Source of the DNA: Planctomycetota bacterium | Lineage (GTDB): Bacteria > Planctomycetota > Planctomycetia > Pirellulales > Pirellulaceae | Assembly (NCBI GenBank): GCA_014584305.1 | Contig: JACTND010000235.1 | Coordinates: 1-61,946, forward strand | Direction of reading: 5' to 3' | DNA length: 61,946 bases | Part shown: positions 45,301-54,051 of the stretch, one piece after another | How positions within the stretch are numbered: position 1 is the first letter of the stretch | How the letters are laid out: each line of letters begins with the position of its first letter | Made by a program: the position numbers and the translations under genes | Notes under the pieces: generated by a model | What the model was told of the DNA's origin: nothing | The model's database searches: none | What the model saw: only the letters and a program-made list of their open reading frames with translations

Positions 45301-45571
45301 CAACTTCCTCGGGCGACAACGCAGCGGCCGTCGTATTGATCTGAACCATTACGGGTGTTGTGTCGGGAAACGCATCGACGTTCAAGTAACGCAGCGATAA
45401 CGATCCAACGACAATGACGACCAATGCGCCGATTAGTATTACGACGCGATTGCGAAGCGAAAACTCGATGATCCAATTCAGCACTTTGGAAATCCTTCCT
45501 GATCGTTTGCGAACAATTCCGTTTTTGTTAGTGGGGGATCGCGGTTCGACCGAACCGCTTAATGCTCGCAA
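42317..45571 (-). CDS. CusA/CzcA-family heavy-metal efflux RND transporter
   Basis: 1084 aa. N-terminus LNWIIEFSLRNRVVILIGALVV. Twelve-TM RND organisation with typical motifs (AIDFGLVVDSSVVMVEN, ALSGVAVLDDMLLV). The true start is probably downstream of the listed ATG. Confidence 0.9.
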   Translation of the reverse strand: MRALSGSVEPRSPTNKNGIVRKRSGRISKVLNWIIEFSLRNRVVILIGALVVIVVGSLSLRYLNVDAFPDTTPVMVQINTTAAALSPEEVERQITFPVEQVIGGLPRLHAMRSISKFGLSQVVVTFEDGMDIYFARQLVNERLAALELPEGIERPRLGPVSTGLGEVFHYVMRLKDVDLTTLSLDQAQEKLTELRTVHDWIVKPQMRTVPGTAEINSWGGFEKQFQVRLDPNKLLKHQLAFDEVVDALRANNRNVGGGSISQNTEALLIHGLGRPATIDEIRNIVIKAIDGSPIRIRDVADVQIGHEIRRGAVTADGRGEVVYGLGFMLMGENSHHVTRELKEKLAEASGNLPPGMEIVTVYDRTELIDHVIDTVQRNLFEGGLLVVAVLFMFLGNFRAGLIVALAIPLSMLFAFSGMLKVGIAASLLSLGAIDFGLVVDSSVVMVENCVRRLSLGASPDKTRLEIIRDAAVEVRKPTMFGELIIMIVYLPILTLEGIEGKLFRPMALTVIFALAGSMLMSVTLMPVLASYLLPRRMEHEEPVLLRVAKWLYLPILRLTIQYKFAVICLAGTVLAYSFGMIAPHLGSEFVPKLSEGALAINVVRLAGTDLSESIRLNTEMERTILRTFPDEVDHAWSRIGSAEVATDPMGIELTDIFITLKPRAQWKRAKTQDDLTVLVHKALRELPGQRIAMTQPIEMRLNEMISGVRSDVGVKLFGDDFGILEEKARDIERVLKSIPGNADVNVEQITGQPVVQIRIRQDEIARYGVSATDVLNLVESVGSFQVGQVFEGQIHFPLIVRLSESYRESPSSIGNIEIISAAGDRIPIGRLAEIRVVEGPSTITREWGYRRITISANVRGRDLGSFVAEAQARVKNEVQLPRGRYHIEWGGQFENLIRAQQRLMIVVPLALALIFVLLYMTYGNLVDTFRVATGIPFAWTGGIIALWMRDMPFSISAAIGFIALSGVAVLDDMLLVSTIRSLRKRGMELEQAVETAAIVRLRPVLMTTLVAAVGFIPMAFNTSMGSEVQRPLATVVIGGVISAMLMSLLVLRVLYMVFAGTIGSNVATDELQHGPKIVSSAGCT

Positions 45572-45573
45572 AG

Positions 45574-47248
45574 TCAGCCCGCACCGAGATTGCCTTTGAG
45601 CAATTCGGCTCGCAAGACACCGCTCCCTTTGGTGACCACAACTTCACCGGGCAGGAGTCCGGCAATCACCTCCGTCTTGCCATTTGCCTTGATTCCAGGT
45701 CGAATCGAACGAGTGTGAAACACCTTGAATGAATTTTCCGCAAAGTAATTTTTGTCGCGAACAAAGGCGACGTGGCAACAGCCTTCCCAATGAACGGCTT
45801 CGTCGGGGACGAGTATGGCCAAAGGTTCGGAGCGAAGAGTGACTTCTCCCGTTCCAAAGGTCTCATTTCGGATCGGAATCGACATCTGTACTGATCCAGG
45901 TGACTGTCCCCGCAACCTCAGCATCAGCTCCGTCCGCCCGAAACTGGATAGTCTGCCCGGTGCGGATGTATTTGGCCTCCTCTAATTGCACGTCCAGAAA
46001 CACGTACATTTGACTGGCGTCGGCGATGGTAAACAATGAATCGTCCCGTCCGACAACCTCACCGGGGACGGCATCACGATCGATGACAACTCCATCCCGA
46101 CTTGCCACCACAGGCATCAAGTTTGAATTGACGACCGATGGGCTGATCGATTCGCGAACCGTTTGCGGAATGCCCAGAAATTGAAGCATCGAACTCAACT
46201 CTTCGGGAGATTTCCCCGCAAATTCCAACCCATCGATCGGGAGCCCAAGTGACACGAGCTTCTGACGACACTGGATCACCGCCACTTTGGATTTGGAAAG
46301 TGCGGCTTCGGCATCAATGATCCGAGTGCCTGGAACCGCTCCTGCCGCCAGCCCAGACAATCGGTTCATGGTCTTCTGATTAAGTTCCTGCTCGACAAGC
46401 GCCTGAAGTAGGTCAGTCTTGGCCTTGCCCACTTCGGGGGAATCCACCAATGCCAGGACATCGCCTGCGAAAACGCGGTCGCCTACGTTCTTCTCCACCC
46501 GCCAGATGGAGCCTTCGCTCCTTGACATCAAATGTGCGACCCGGGTGGGATCGTAAACTATCTCCCCAGGCGCTTTGATCGATTCGAGCACTGGACCTTG
46601 CTCCACCAGCGCAATATCAATGCCCGCTCGATCAACAGCTTCAATCGACTGGAACTGGATTCGTCGCAAGTGCATTTGGCAAGCTGGGTCGTTGGCGAGG
46701 CGAGGCCTAAGTTCCAGGGCGTGCGATGCCCGTTCGAGGTCTTCCGGAGTGACGTGAACCGGATCGGCGAGTTGGGCCAATTGCGGATGCTCCAAAAGAC
46801 ATTCGTGAACGCCATGGACCTTGCACCAGCCAAACAGTTTCCCCTTGGGCATCAGGTCGGCGTTGCACGAAACGCAAATAGCTTCAGGAACTCCATGCTC
46901 GTCGCACCAGGGCTCATCTGTTGTTTTCGCGCTGCCGGCCAATTCGGAGAACCGGGGGATCTTCCATTCCAACCGGTGCCCCAACCATGCTGCACCTCCG
47001 AGACCAAGCAACACCGCAAGGGTGGAAAACCTGCGGAGAAACCAAACGAGAATTCCTCGGAAACGTAATGACAAAGTGAGGTTCGTTGCTGAAGATCGCG
47101 AAGGATCTTGCGACCCGTCCAGCGTCGTCGAACCGGACGTAAGCCAATTCGAATTATCATTCATCGGTGCTACCACGGTATACGACCAGGAATACTCGCC
47201 GCCTGCATCAGGAATCACAGGCGGTTGCTCAGCGGCGAAACGTGTCAA
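45574..47248 (-). pseudogene. RND periplasmic adaptor (HlyD/CzcB family) with Cys-rich N-terminus, interrupted by a frameshift at 45863-45868
   Basis: Two ORFs: 45863..47248 (ends ..VTWISTDVDSDPK*) and 45574..45924 (..IRNETFGTGEVTLRSEPLAILVPDEAVHWEGCCHVAFV..). Removing one A from the AAA run just before the TGA joins them as ..DVDSDPNETFGTGEV.. The junction also looks short compared with typical adaptors. Confidence 0.65.
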
Positions 47249-47309
47249 AAGACAAACACTGCACAGCAGTCGGGATTCGACACGCCGTCAGAATCAAGAC
47301 GTCAGGGTC

Positions 47310-47735
47310 TTATATTTGCCAAGAAGAAAGCGCAGCGCGGACGCAATGCCCGGACGCTAATAGGGGCAAAAACAGAGAATTGGCCGGCAGCTGGCCACAT
47401 CGACACGATTTACATGCTGCCGAAGCGACGTCCATGAAACTGAATTGGAGCCGAACATCAGTTTCCATAACCGACGGTGGGTCGACAGATGAAGTTGTAA
47501 TTGCCCCGTTGCAAAAACAATCGCCACAGGGACATTGGTCTGAAGACTTGGGTGCCGAGGGATCCGAGTCGTCTCGGGGTCCGTCAAGATCGGATCCATC
47601 AAATTCGTCGGGGTTGCCGCAACTACAGGTTTCAACAGATGCTCGCGAACAACAACGGTCGCCGACCCAACACTGGAATGGGCATTGGACCACCAGAAAA
47701 GCAAGCACGTATTGGACCAGACGCTGCTTTGACAT
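47310..47735 (-). CDS. small Cys-rich acidic protein with N-terminal hydrophobic helix
   Basis: Start placed at MSKQRLVQYVLAFLVVQCPFQCW. Contains CSCG, DQCPCGDCFC. Resembles the divergent 48354..48863 gene (shared CPCG, acidic middle). Confidence 0.45.
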   Translation of the reverse strand: MSKQRLVQYVLAFLVVQCPFQCWVGDRCCSRASVETCSCGNPDEFDGSDLDGPRDDSDPSAPKSSDQCPCGDCFCNGAITTSSVDPPSVMETDVRLQFSFMDVASAACKSCRCGQLPANSLFLPLLASGHCVRAALSSWQI

Positions 47736-47976
47736 CACGACGCGATTATGGATAGCTGGAAACCTGACCGCAATTCTAGGCCACGGAAAGCCAATGGTCA
47801 ATCTCGAAACCCCGTCAATTCAAGTTACAAGTCTGGAGTCCTGGGTCAAGCAGCGTCTGCTCGGGATAATCGCTATTTCTGGCTGAACACCCTTTCGCGG
47901 TTGCTGTCGTCGGCATCAAAATCGTCGGCGGGATCGAGACCCCCTTCTAACAAGAACCCGTCAATTTTTGCCCGCG

Positions 47977-48022
47977 CTTGCGCGAGTTCCGACAACGAGC
48001 TTGCGCGAGTTCCGACAACGAG
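47977..48022. repeat. perfect 23-bp tandem duplication (cttgcgcgagttccgacaacgag x2)
   Basis: Read directly from the sequence. Lies in the divergent intergenic region between the two Cys-rich genes. Confidence 0.9.
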
Positions 48023-48353
48023 TCGTTTTGACGTTTCTGCAGGCGCCATCGATGAGCGAAATCAGGTCTATCAGGCTTGCTAGCTCCCGTCAAATATCCT
48101 TTCTTTCGCGTCCACCCAGAGTTGGACACGGGGCAGAATTCGGGACCAATCGACGCTCGCCAAAAGTCGCATTTTCCGGAAACTGCGACAAAAAATCCAC
48201 GAATTCGGGAACAAAGCTGCGGAATCGGCGTAATTCTCGAACGCATCTTCCGTCCTATCATCTGATGATCTGGGTGGATCCTTCGATGGCATTGTCACGA
48301 GAGTCTGAACTGTGTACGCTTTCTGGAAGGCCCAACACCATTTCGATTCGATA

Positions 48354-48863
48354 ATGTTCCGATTCCTTCTGATCTCGTATCTAACCATTTCAACAGCGCT
48401 GGGGCCAGCGTTCTGTTGCTGCCAACTTGGTCGCATTCTGCCGGGACTCAATTCATCGGCTTGTTGCGGACAACACGGTACTTCGCACTCGCATGATTTC
48501 ATTCCGCAAAAGCAGGATCACGAATCGCATGTCGGCCATTGCCATCACGACGATTCGGCCAGCGTGTTGTCGGGCAATCATGAGTCGACATCAAGTGAAT
48601 CGGCGGATGAGCAAGAATCTCGCGGTCCCTGCGAATCGTCTTGCCCATGCGGGCGACACGATCCCGTCCTGGTAAACGGAACGTTTGAACTGTCCGCCGT
48701 CGTTGTGGCTGGTGTGCTGAACTTTTTGCAGCCGATTGACCAGACACCTATCGTTCAGGCGGCGTTCTCCAATTTGGCCTATCTCTCGGCTTCAATCGAA
48801 GAAAGAACTGCCAGTCTAAGTGGCAGGGAGATACTGCGCGCTTATCAAATCTGGCGCTGCTAA
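48354..48863 (+). CDS. small Cys/His-rich protein with N-terminal hydrophobic helix
   Basis: MFRFLLISYLTISTALGPAFCCCQ..., HSHDF..HESHVGHCHHDD..., SSCPCGRHD. The ORF-track start is 48312. Confidence 0.5.
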   Translation: MFRFLLISYLTISTALGPAFCCCQLGRILPGLNSSACCGQHGTSHSHDFIPQKQDHESHVGHCHHDDSASVLSGNHESTSSESADEQESRGPCESSCPCGRHDPVLVNGTFELSAVVVAGVLNFLQPIDQTPIVQAAFSNLAYLSASIEERTASLSGREILRAYQIWRC

Positions 48864-49051
48864 TTTTCTAAGTCCAATTCGCGGCCCTGTCGCCAGGTCT
48901 TGAGGTCTGGCAACCTTGTTGCTGCGAAGGGAAATGCGTTGCCGCTATCCCGTCCCGTGATTCACATTGTTCCCGGTTTCATCATTCGTCCGAATTCGAG
49001 CGGACTGGTTTGTACATACATCAATCAACAGTTTTCTCTACGGAGTATTCA

Positions 49052-49957
49052 ATGACTACGTCTCAGTTACTTCGCGTTTCACTTGGACTCATCGGAGTCC
49101 TGTTCTTCGTCGCCATGACCGCCTGCTCAAAGTCGCCGACCGCGAATACCGCGGCATCTACTTCGCAAGGCGACAACAAAGTCGCCGCCAACAATCAGCA
49201 ACCATCAACCAAGTCAGGTGGATTGCAGAATGAAAAAGGGGATGACGAAGAACACGGCCACGTTCCGGGTTCCCATGGCGGGATCATCGTTTCGCTTGGA
49301 CGTGACAGTTATCACGTTGAAGCAATCGTCACCAGCGCCGGGGAATTACAACTCTACACGCTGGGCAGCGATGAAACGCGTGTGATTGATATCGACGCTC
49401 AGGAAATGACGGCCTACGTGAAATCGCCGACGGGAACGGATTCGACTTCGATCACCGTCAAACCCCAGCCGCAACCCGGAGACGGGTCCGGCAAGGCCTC
49501 CTTGTTTACCGGGAAAATGCCGGAAGCTTTCAAGGGGCAGGCCGTCAACGTCACGATCCCTAACATAACCATTGCCGGAGAGCGATTCCGACTCGGCTTT
49601 ACCACAGAATCCGCCGAACACGGACTGGAAGGAATGCCCGCCAAGGTTAGCAATGAGGCAGAAAGAGAGCTCTATCTGACTCCCGGCGGAATTTACACCC
49701 AATCTGACATCGAAGCCAATGGAAACGTCACGGCTTCTGAAAAGTTCCAGGGATTCATGGCGGCGCACGACATGAACCCCAAGCCCGGTGACAAGATCTG
49801 CCCGGTTACTTTCACAAAAGCGAACGCCAAATGTTCGTGGATCGTCGGCGGCAAGAAATACGAGTTCTGCTGCCCTCCCTGCGTTGACGAATTCGTGACG
49901 CTTGCCAAGACCAATCCGGATGAAGTCAAGGCACCCGAGGAGTACGTCAAAAAATAG
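49052..49957 (+). CDS. lipoprotein with C-terminal YHS/TRASH-like metal-binding domain
   Basis: Start placed at MTTSQLLRVSLGLIGVLFFVAMTAC (lipobox). C-terminus GDKICPVTFTKANAKCSWIVGGKKYEFCCPPCVDEF. Confidence 0.65.
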   Translation: MTTSQLLRVSLGLIGVLFFVAMTACSKSPTANTAASTSQGDNKVAANNQQPSTKSGGLQNEKGDDEEHGHVPGSHGGIIVSLGRDSYHVEAIVTSAGELQLYTLGSDETRVIDIDAQEMTAYVKSPTGTDSTSITVKPQPQPGDGSGKASLFTGKMPEAFKGQAVNVTIPNITIAGERFRLGFTTESAEHGLEGMPAKVSNEAERELYLTPGGIYTQSDIEANGNVTASEKFQGFMAAHDMNPKPGDKICPVTFTKANAKCSWIVGGKKYEFCCPPCVDEFVTLAKTNPDEVKAPEEYVKK

Positions 49958-50039
49958 AAGCGTTGTTTGGTCGCGGCTGCCGACGTTCGTCGCGACGGTT
50001 TTTCGTTCCAGTTTATCGGTAATGAAAGGAGTCTCGCCG

Positions 50040-50177
50040 ATGAAAAAGTACATAGTTGGAGTTGATCTGGTTTTGGTTTTGTTAATGGTTGGATTACTGG
50101 TCGCAAGCGGCTGCGCAACAGACCGCTACTCCAGTAACAGATCGGGGGCGTCCGGTTGCAGCAGTTGCTCGCGTTAA
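50040..50177 (+). CDS. 45-aa lipoprotein
   Basis: AAGGAG 10 nt upstream of the ATG at 50040. MKKYIVGVDLVLVLLMVGLLVASGC has a classical lipobox. C-terminal CSSC. Confidence 0.5.
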   Translation: MKKYIVGVDLVLVLLMVGLLVASGCATDRYSSNRSGASGCSSCSR

Positions 50178-50278
50178 GCGGCCTTGGAGGTTTCGGTGAC
50201 GTGGTGGGATCACTCGATTGTCTTCCCCTGGGGCAATTGCCACCACGTCGCCGGAGTTTATTGAAAATCGAGAAAACT

Positions 50279-50874
50279 ATGATTCGTTCAAGCACGGTGA
50301 AATTAACATTCGGATTTCTCGTCGCGGCCAAATCGACGGCGATGGGCCAGTCCGTCGAAGTCGCACGAGGGACGGTTCAGGACAAGCCGATTCAGCCTCA
50401 GGTTGCAATTGGGCTACTGGGGACCATTCACGATGCCTTCGGCCGGCGTGGTCACGTTTGCTACAGCCATTCATACGACGGCGGAAAGACATTCACGGAG
50501 GCAAAGGAAATTTCCGGTGAAATGGAGATCGCCACTGGAATGCGGCGAGGTCCCTGAATCGCCGTGACGGAAAACGCGGTCTGCGTTACCTTACTGGGAG
50601 GGAAACAAGGCAAAGGTCGCGATGGTGACTTGCCTGCCCAGACATCTTCAGACGGGGGAAAGACCTGGAACGCGGCAGTGTCAGTCAACGACGCCAAGGA
50701 CTACTGCATCGCCCGGATGTCGCCAAAACGGAATCTCTTGCCACGCATGCAAATGACCCGGTCATTGCTGCAAACGCTGAAGGAAAGTGCATCGTCGCAG
50801 CTTGGGAAAACGTGGATAACGACACGTACACAATTCAATGTCAGGTAATCAAGAGTGAAAAATGAGCACGAGAA
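50279..50874 (+). pseudogene. decayed BNR/Asp-box (sialidase-like beta-propeller) gene
   Basis: Asp-boxes SYDGGKTF and SSDGGKTW. In-frame TGA at 50555-50557 (..GMRRGP*IAVTENAV..). A frame change around 50700-50715: the frame ending at 50874 reads ..HANDPVIAANAEGKCIVAAWENVDNDTYTIQCQVIKSEK*. Total length is far shorter than a propeller. Confidence 0.6.
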
Positions 50875-51767
50875 ATCACTTAGGAATATGGCTAAGCCTT
50901 GTTCTCCTCGGCACTGGTGTGATTGTATCCGGGTGTGCGCGGCAGCCGCACGGCCCTGAAGTTCATTCGACATCGAATCCTTCCGGCGAACATTCCAAAT
51001 CGCACGATTCGAATAGCCAAACGGAACCACATGCAGAACACCAAAGCGGCGCTTCGTCTGAGAACCCGCTTGCAGCTACCTTGCATCTACAAACCAGCCC
51101 TACAAGTCCGAAAGCAGGTGAGGCGACAGAGATCCGGGGGATGTTGCACGACACGTCGGGAAAGATGCTGAAAGACTTCGAGGTTGTACACGACAAGAAA
51201 ATTCACCTGATAGTCGTTCGCGATGGCCTGGACGAATTTTCTCATTTGCATCCGACGCTTGACCTTGATGGCAAGCTTTCGGTCGGCCACACGTTCGCCA
51301 AAGGGGGCACGCACCACGTCTTTGTCGACTACAAACCGGTGGGCAAGTCCCAAGCAACGGCACAAGGAACCTTGACAGTTGGGGGTGACTCCCCAACCGC
51401 TGAGCGATTGAAGCCCAATGTGCCGGGGCGCGTTGAAAGTGGTGGCCTGCTTGCAGATGTATCGATGGAGGCGTCAGATTCAAGTGCCGTCGTGAGGTTT
51501 TCCCTTCTTAATTTGTCCGGGCAGCCCGTTGCTGATTTGCAGCCGTACCTCGGAGCGATGGGCCACCTTGTTGTGATTGGCGCGGAGGCGGACCAATACG
51601 TTCACGCACACCCATTAGAGTCGGAGCCCAACACCAATGTCGTCGAGTTCGAAGTGCATTTTCCCAGGGCCGGTGTCTACAAGCTTTGGGGACAGTTTCA
51701 GCGAAACGGCCAGGTCCATACGATTCCGGCAGTAGTCGAATTTAGCGGCAAGGTCCACCAACACTAG
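50862..51767 (+). CDS. His-rich periplasmic lipoprotein, function unknown (metal-related by context)
   Basis: 301 aa. LVLLGTGVIVSGC lipobox. HLIVVRDGLDEFSHLHP, GAMGHLVVIGAEADQYVHAHP. ATGA overlap with the end of the upstream reading frame. Confidence 0.6.
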   Translation: MSTRNHLGIWLSLVLLGTGVIVSGCARQPHGPEVHSTSNPSGEHSKSHDSNSQTEPHAEHQSGASSENPLAATLHLQTSPTSPKAGEATEIRGMLHDTSGKMLKDFEVVHDKKIHLIVVRDGLDEFSHLHPTLDLDGKLSVGHTFAKGGTHHVFVDYKPVGKSQATAQGTLTVGGDSPTAERLKPNVPGRVESGGLLADVSMEASDSSAVVRFSLLNLSGQPVADLQPYLGAMGHLVVIGAEADQYVHAHPLESEPNTNVVEFEVHFPRAGVYKLWGQFQRNGQVHTIPAVVEFSGKVHQH

Positions 51768-51792
51768 GCGGCAGTTTTCAAGGAATTCAGTA

Positions 51793-54048
51793 ATGTTCTC
51801 CAGACCAATCCGCAACAGACCACATTCGGCGACATTAGCCCTGGTTGCGTTCCTGTCCGTCGTGTTCGTGGCCGACATTGCAACCACGCATGAAGGCCAC
51901 GCTCCCTTGCCCACCAAGGGTGTGGAAGTCGACATCAAGAAGGGACTCCTTACACTCAGTCCCGACGCTCAGAAGTCCCTGGGATTATTGACCACTCCTG
52001 CGGACATGCAAATTCTCGAACAGGAATCGCTTGCTTACGCCACGTTGGTAACTCCCTGGAATCAGCAAAACTTCGTTAGTACTCAAGTTGCGGGACGGAT
52101 CACTGCGCTACACGTCAATAGTGGTGATAGCGTTGAAGCCGGGCAGGTGTTGGCGGAAATCGAAAGTCCGGAGCTTGAGAACCTCCGATTGGAGCTGCGC
52201 AATGCGGCGAATGCAGTCGATCTATCGCAACGTCAGGTAGACCGACTTGGCGGCCTCGCGCGCAACCAGGCGATACCAGGTCGCGAGCTGATGGAGGCCG
52301 TTACCGCACTGGAACAGGACAAGATTGCCTTGCAGGTCGCATCCAGCAAACTCGCTAGTTTAGGGCTCAGTGAAACAACGATAGCCAGTCTCCAGGCTGC
52401 CGATGCCGATGCGAGTTCCCCATTGCGGTTGCCACTGGTCAGCCCCATTCGCGGCAGCGTCAGTCATGCTGATCTCGCCGTTGGCAAGGTAGTCATGGCC
52501 AATGAACACCTGTTCGAAATCAACGACATCTCCAAATTGTGGGTTCAGATCGGGGTGCTCGAAACCGACTTGATGCGAATCAATGTCGGCCAGCCTGTCG
52601 AACTTGAATTCACCGCCATCCCGGGCCAAACATTCCAATCGACGATCGCCATTGTGGGTAATTATGTCGATCCCGTAACTCACGTTGCGACGGTTTGGGC
52701 TGAGGTCTTGAACGATCCGGATTCGCCCGATTTGCTTCCGGGAATGTACGGGACGGCCAAAATCAGTACGGCGAACCAGTCCAAACTGCTCACCATTCCC
52801 GCGGCATCACTTTTGGGTAGTGGCGCGGAGCGTTATGTGCTGGTCGAAGTCGCCGCCACGGCCAAGGGCCATGAGTTCCGGAAGCAGAACGTCGTCGTTG
52901 TCTCGGAGAACACGGTCGTCGCACAGGTCGGAGAAGGCTCCCTGTTTCCCGGTGATCGCGTGGTCAGTCGAGGGGGACAAGTCCTTTCTTCGTTTTTTGT
53001 CCTGGGGTCGCTTCGCCTGAGTCCGGAGGGAATCCGCAATGTTGGACTCCAAATCGAACCGGTGTCCGAACAATTGGTTTCGCGAGTCGTCTCGATCGAT
53101 GGGATGATCGACCTCCCACCAGGAAGGATCGCCAACGTCACCTCACAAGTTCCCGGTACGCTTCGTCGAGTGCTCGTCGATCGTGATGAGCCGGTAGCCA
53201 TTGGCGACGTTATCGCCGAGGTCACCAGTCTTGAGTTCCTGACTACTCAGTTGGAAATGCTGAAAGCCGATCGCGAATACCAGCTACTGAAAGAAATGCT
53301 GGAAAAGATCTCCCAAACGGGATCGGAGGGAATCGTTCCCACCAAACGAATTTGGGAAATGGAGTCGTCCCGAGCGGACTCCCTCAATCGCCGAAAATCG
53401 CACAGCCAGCGATTGGCGTCGATGGGGCTGATCGCGCAAGAAATCGACGAGATCATGCAATCGGGGCGACCCAGGGAAACCCTCCCGATCCGTTCCCCCA
53501 TCAATGGAACCGTGGTCAAGTTGAACAAAGTTCTTGGAGAGCAGGTCGGCCCGGATGAATCGGTTTTCGAGATCCACGACTTGAGCCACGTGCTGGCCAA
53601 GGGCTTTCTGTCCGAGCGCGATGCCGGATTGGTTCAAACCGGGGCCTCGGCACGTGTCCGTTTAACCGCCGATCCCAGCCTTGTGGTAAACGGAAAAATT
53701 GTGAGATCGACACGACAGCTCAGCGAATTAAACCGGACGCTGGTGGTCTGGGTTGAATTGGAAACAGGTGGCATTCCGACGTTGCAACGCAATTTGCTCG
53801 CACGGATTTCAACAATTTTCGGCGAGCCACAAACCGCCATTGCTGTTCCCTTAACAGCAATTGCTACCGACGGAACTCGCAATTTCGTTTTTGTCCAGAA
53901 AGAAGATGGATTGATTGAAAGGCGTAATGTGGAAACGGGGCAGGCGGACGACCGGTTTGTCGTCATCCAATCAGGCCTGAACTCCGGAGAAATGATCGCC
54001 GTGCAAGGGACCGCCGAACTGCAAACTACATATGCATCTGTGAGATAG
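51793..54048 (+). CDS. tandemly duplicated (two-in-one) RND periplasmic adaptor
   Basis: 751 aa. Residues ~40-400 and ~400-751 each contain a full lipoyl / alpha-hairpin / beta-barrel adaptor pattern (VAGRITALHVNSGDSVEAGQVLAEIES... and VPGTLRRVLVDRDEPVAIGDVIAEVTS...). Confidence 0.8.
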   Translation: MFSRPIRNRPHSATLALVAFLSVVFVADIATTHEGHAPLPTKGVEVDIKKGLLTLSPDAQKSLGLLTTPADMQILEQESLAYATLVTPWNQQNFVSTQVAGRITALHVNSGDSVEAGQVLAEIESPELENLRLELRNAANAVDLSQRQVDRLGGLARNQAIPGRELMEAVTALEQDKIALQVASSKLASLGLSETTIASLQAADADASSPLRLPLVSPIRGSVSHADLAVGKVVMANEHLFEINDISKLWVQIGVLETDLMRINVGQPVELEFTAIPGQTFQSTIAIVGNYVDPVTHVATVWAEVLNDPDSPDLLPGMYGTAKISTANQSKLLTIPAASLLGSGAERYVLVEVAATAKGHEFRKQNVVVVSENTVVAQVGEGSLFPGDRVVSRGGQVLSSFFVLGSLRLSPEGIRNVGLQIEPVSEQLVSRVVSIDGMIDLPPGRIANVTSQVPGTLRRVLVDRDEPVAIGDVIAEVTSLEFLTTQLEMLKADREYQLLKEMLEKISQTGSEGIVPTKRIWEMESSRADSLNRRKSHSQRLASMGLIAQEIDEIMQSGRPRETLPIRSPINGTVVKLNKVLGEQVGPDESVFEIHDLSHVLAKGFLSERDAGLVQTGASARVRLTADPSLVVNGKIVRSTRQLSELNRTLVVWVELETGGIPTLQRNLLARISTIFGEPQTAIAVPLTAIATDGTRNFVFVQKEDGLIERRNVETGQADDRFVVIQSGLNSGEMIAVQGTAELQTTYASVR

Positions 54049-54051
54049 AAC

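Noticed and set aside
45666-45866. 66-aa third-frame ORF (MRPLEREKS…) at the adaptor frameshift site
   Set aside because: The frame carrying …NETFGTGEVTLRSEPLAILVPDEAVHWEG… is the one with adaptor homology, so this ORF is incidental.
49346-50331. Minus-strand ORFs of 235 and 212 aa opposite the YHS lipoprotein and the small lipoprotein
   Set aside because: They are antisense to frames with lipoboxes and Cys motifs and have no features of their own.
50555-50557. In-frame TGA in the BNR gene as selenocysteine or programmed readthrough
   Set aside because: No hairpin resembling a bacterial SECIS follows the codon. The expected residue by context is Arg (CGA to TGA). The gene also has a separate frame disruption and is truncated, so it is a pseudogene.
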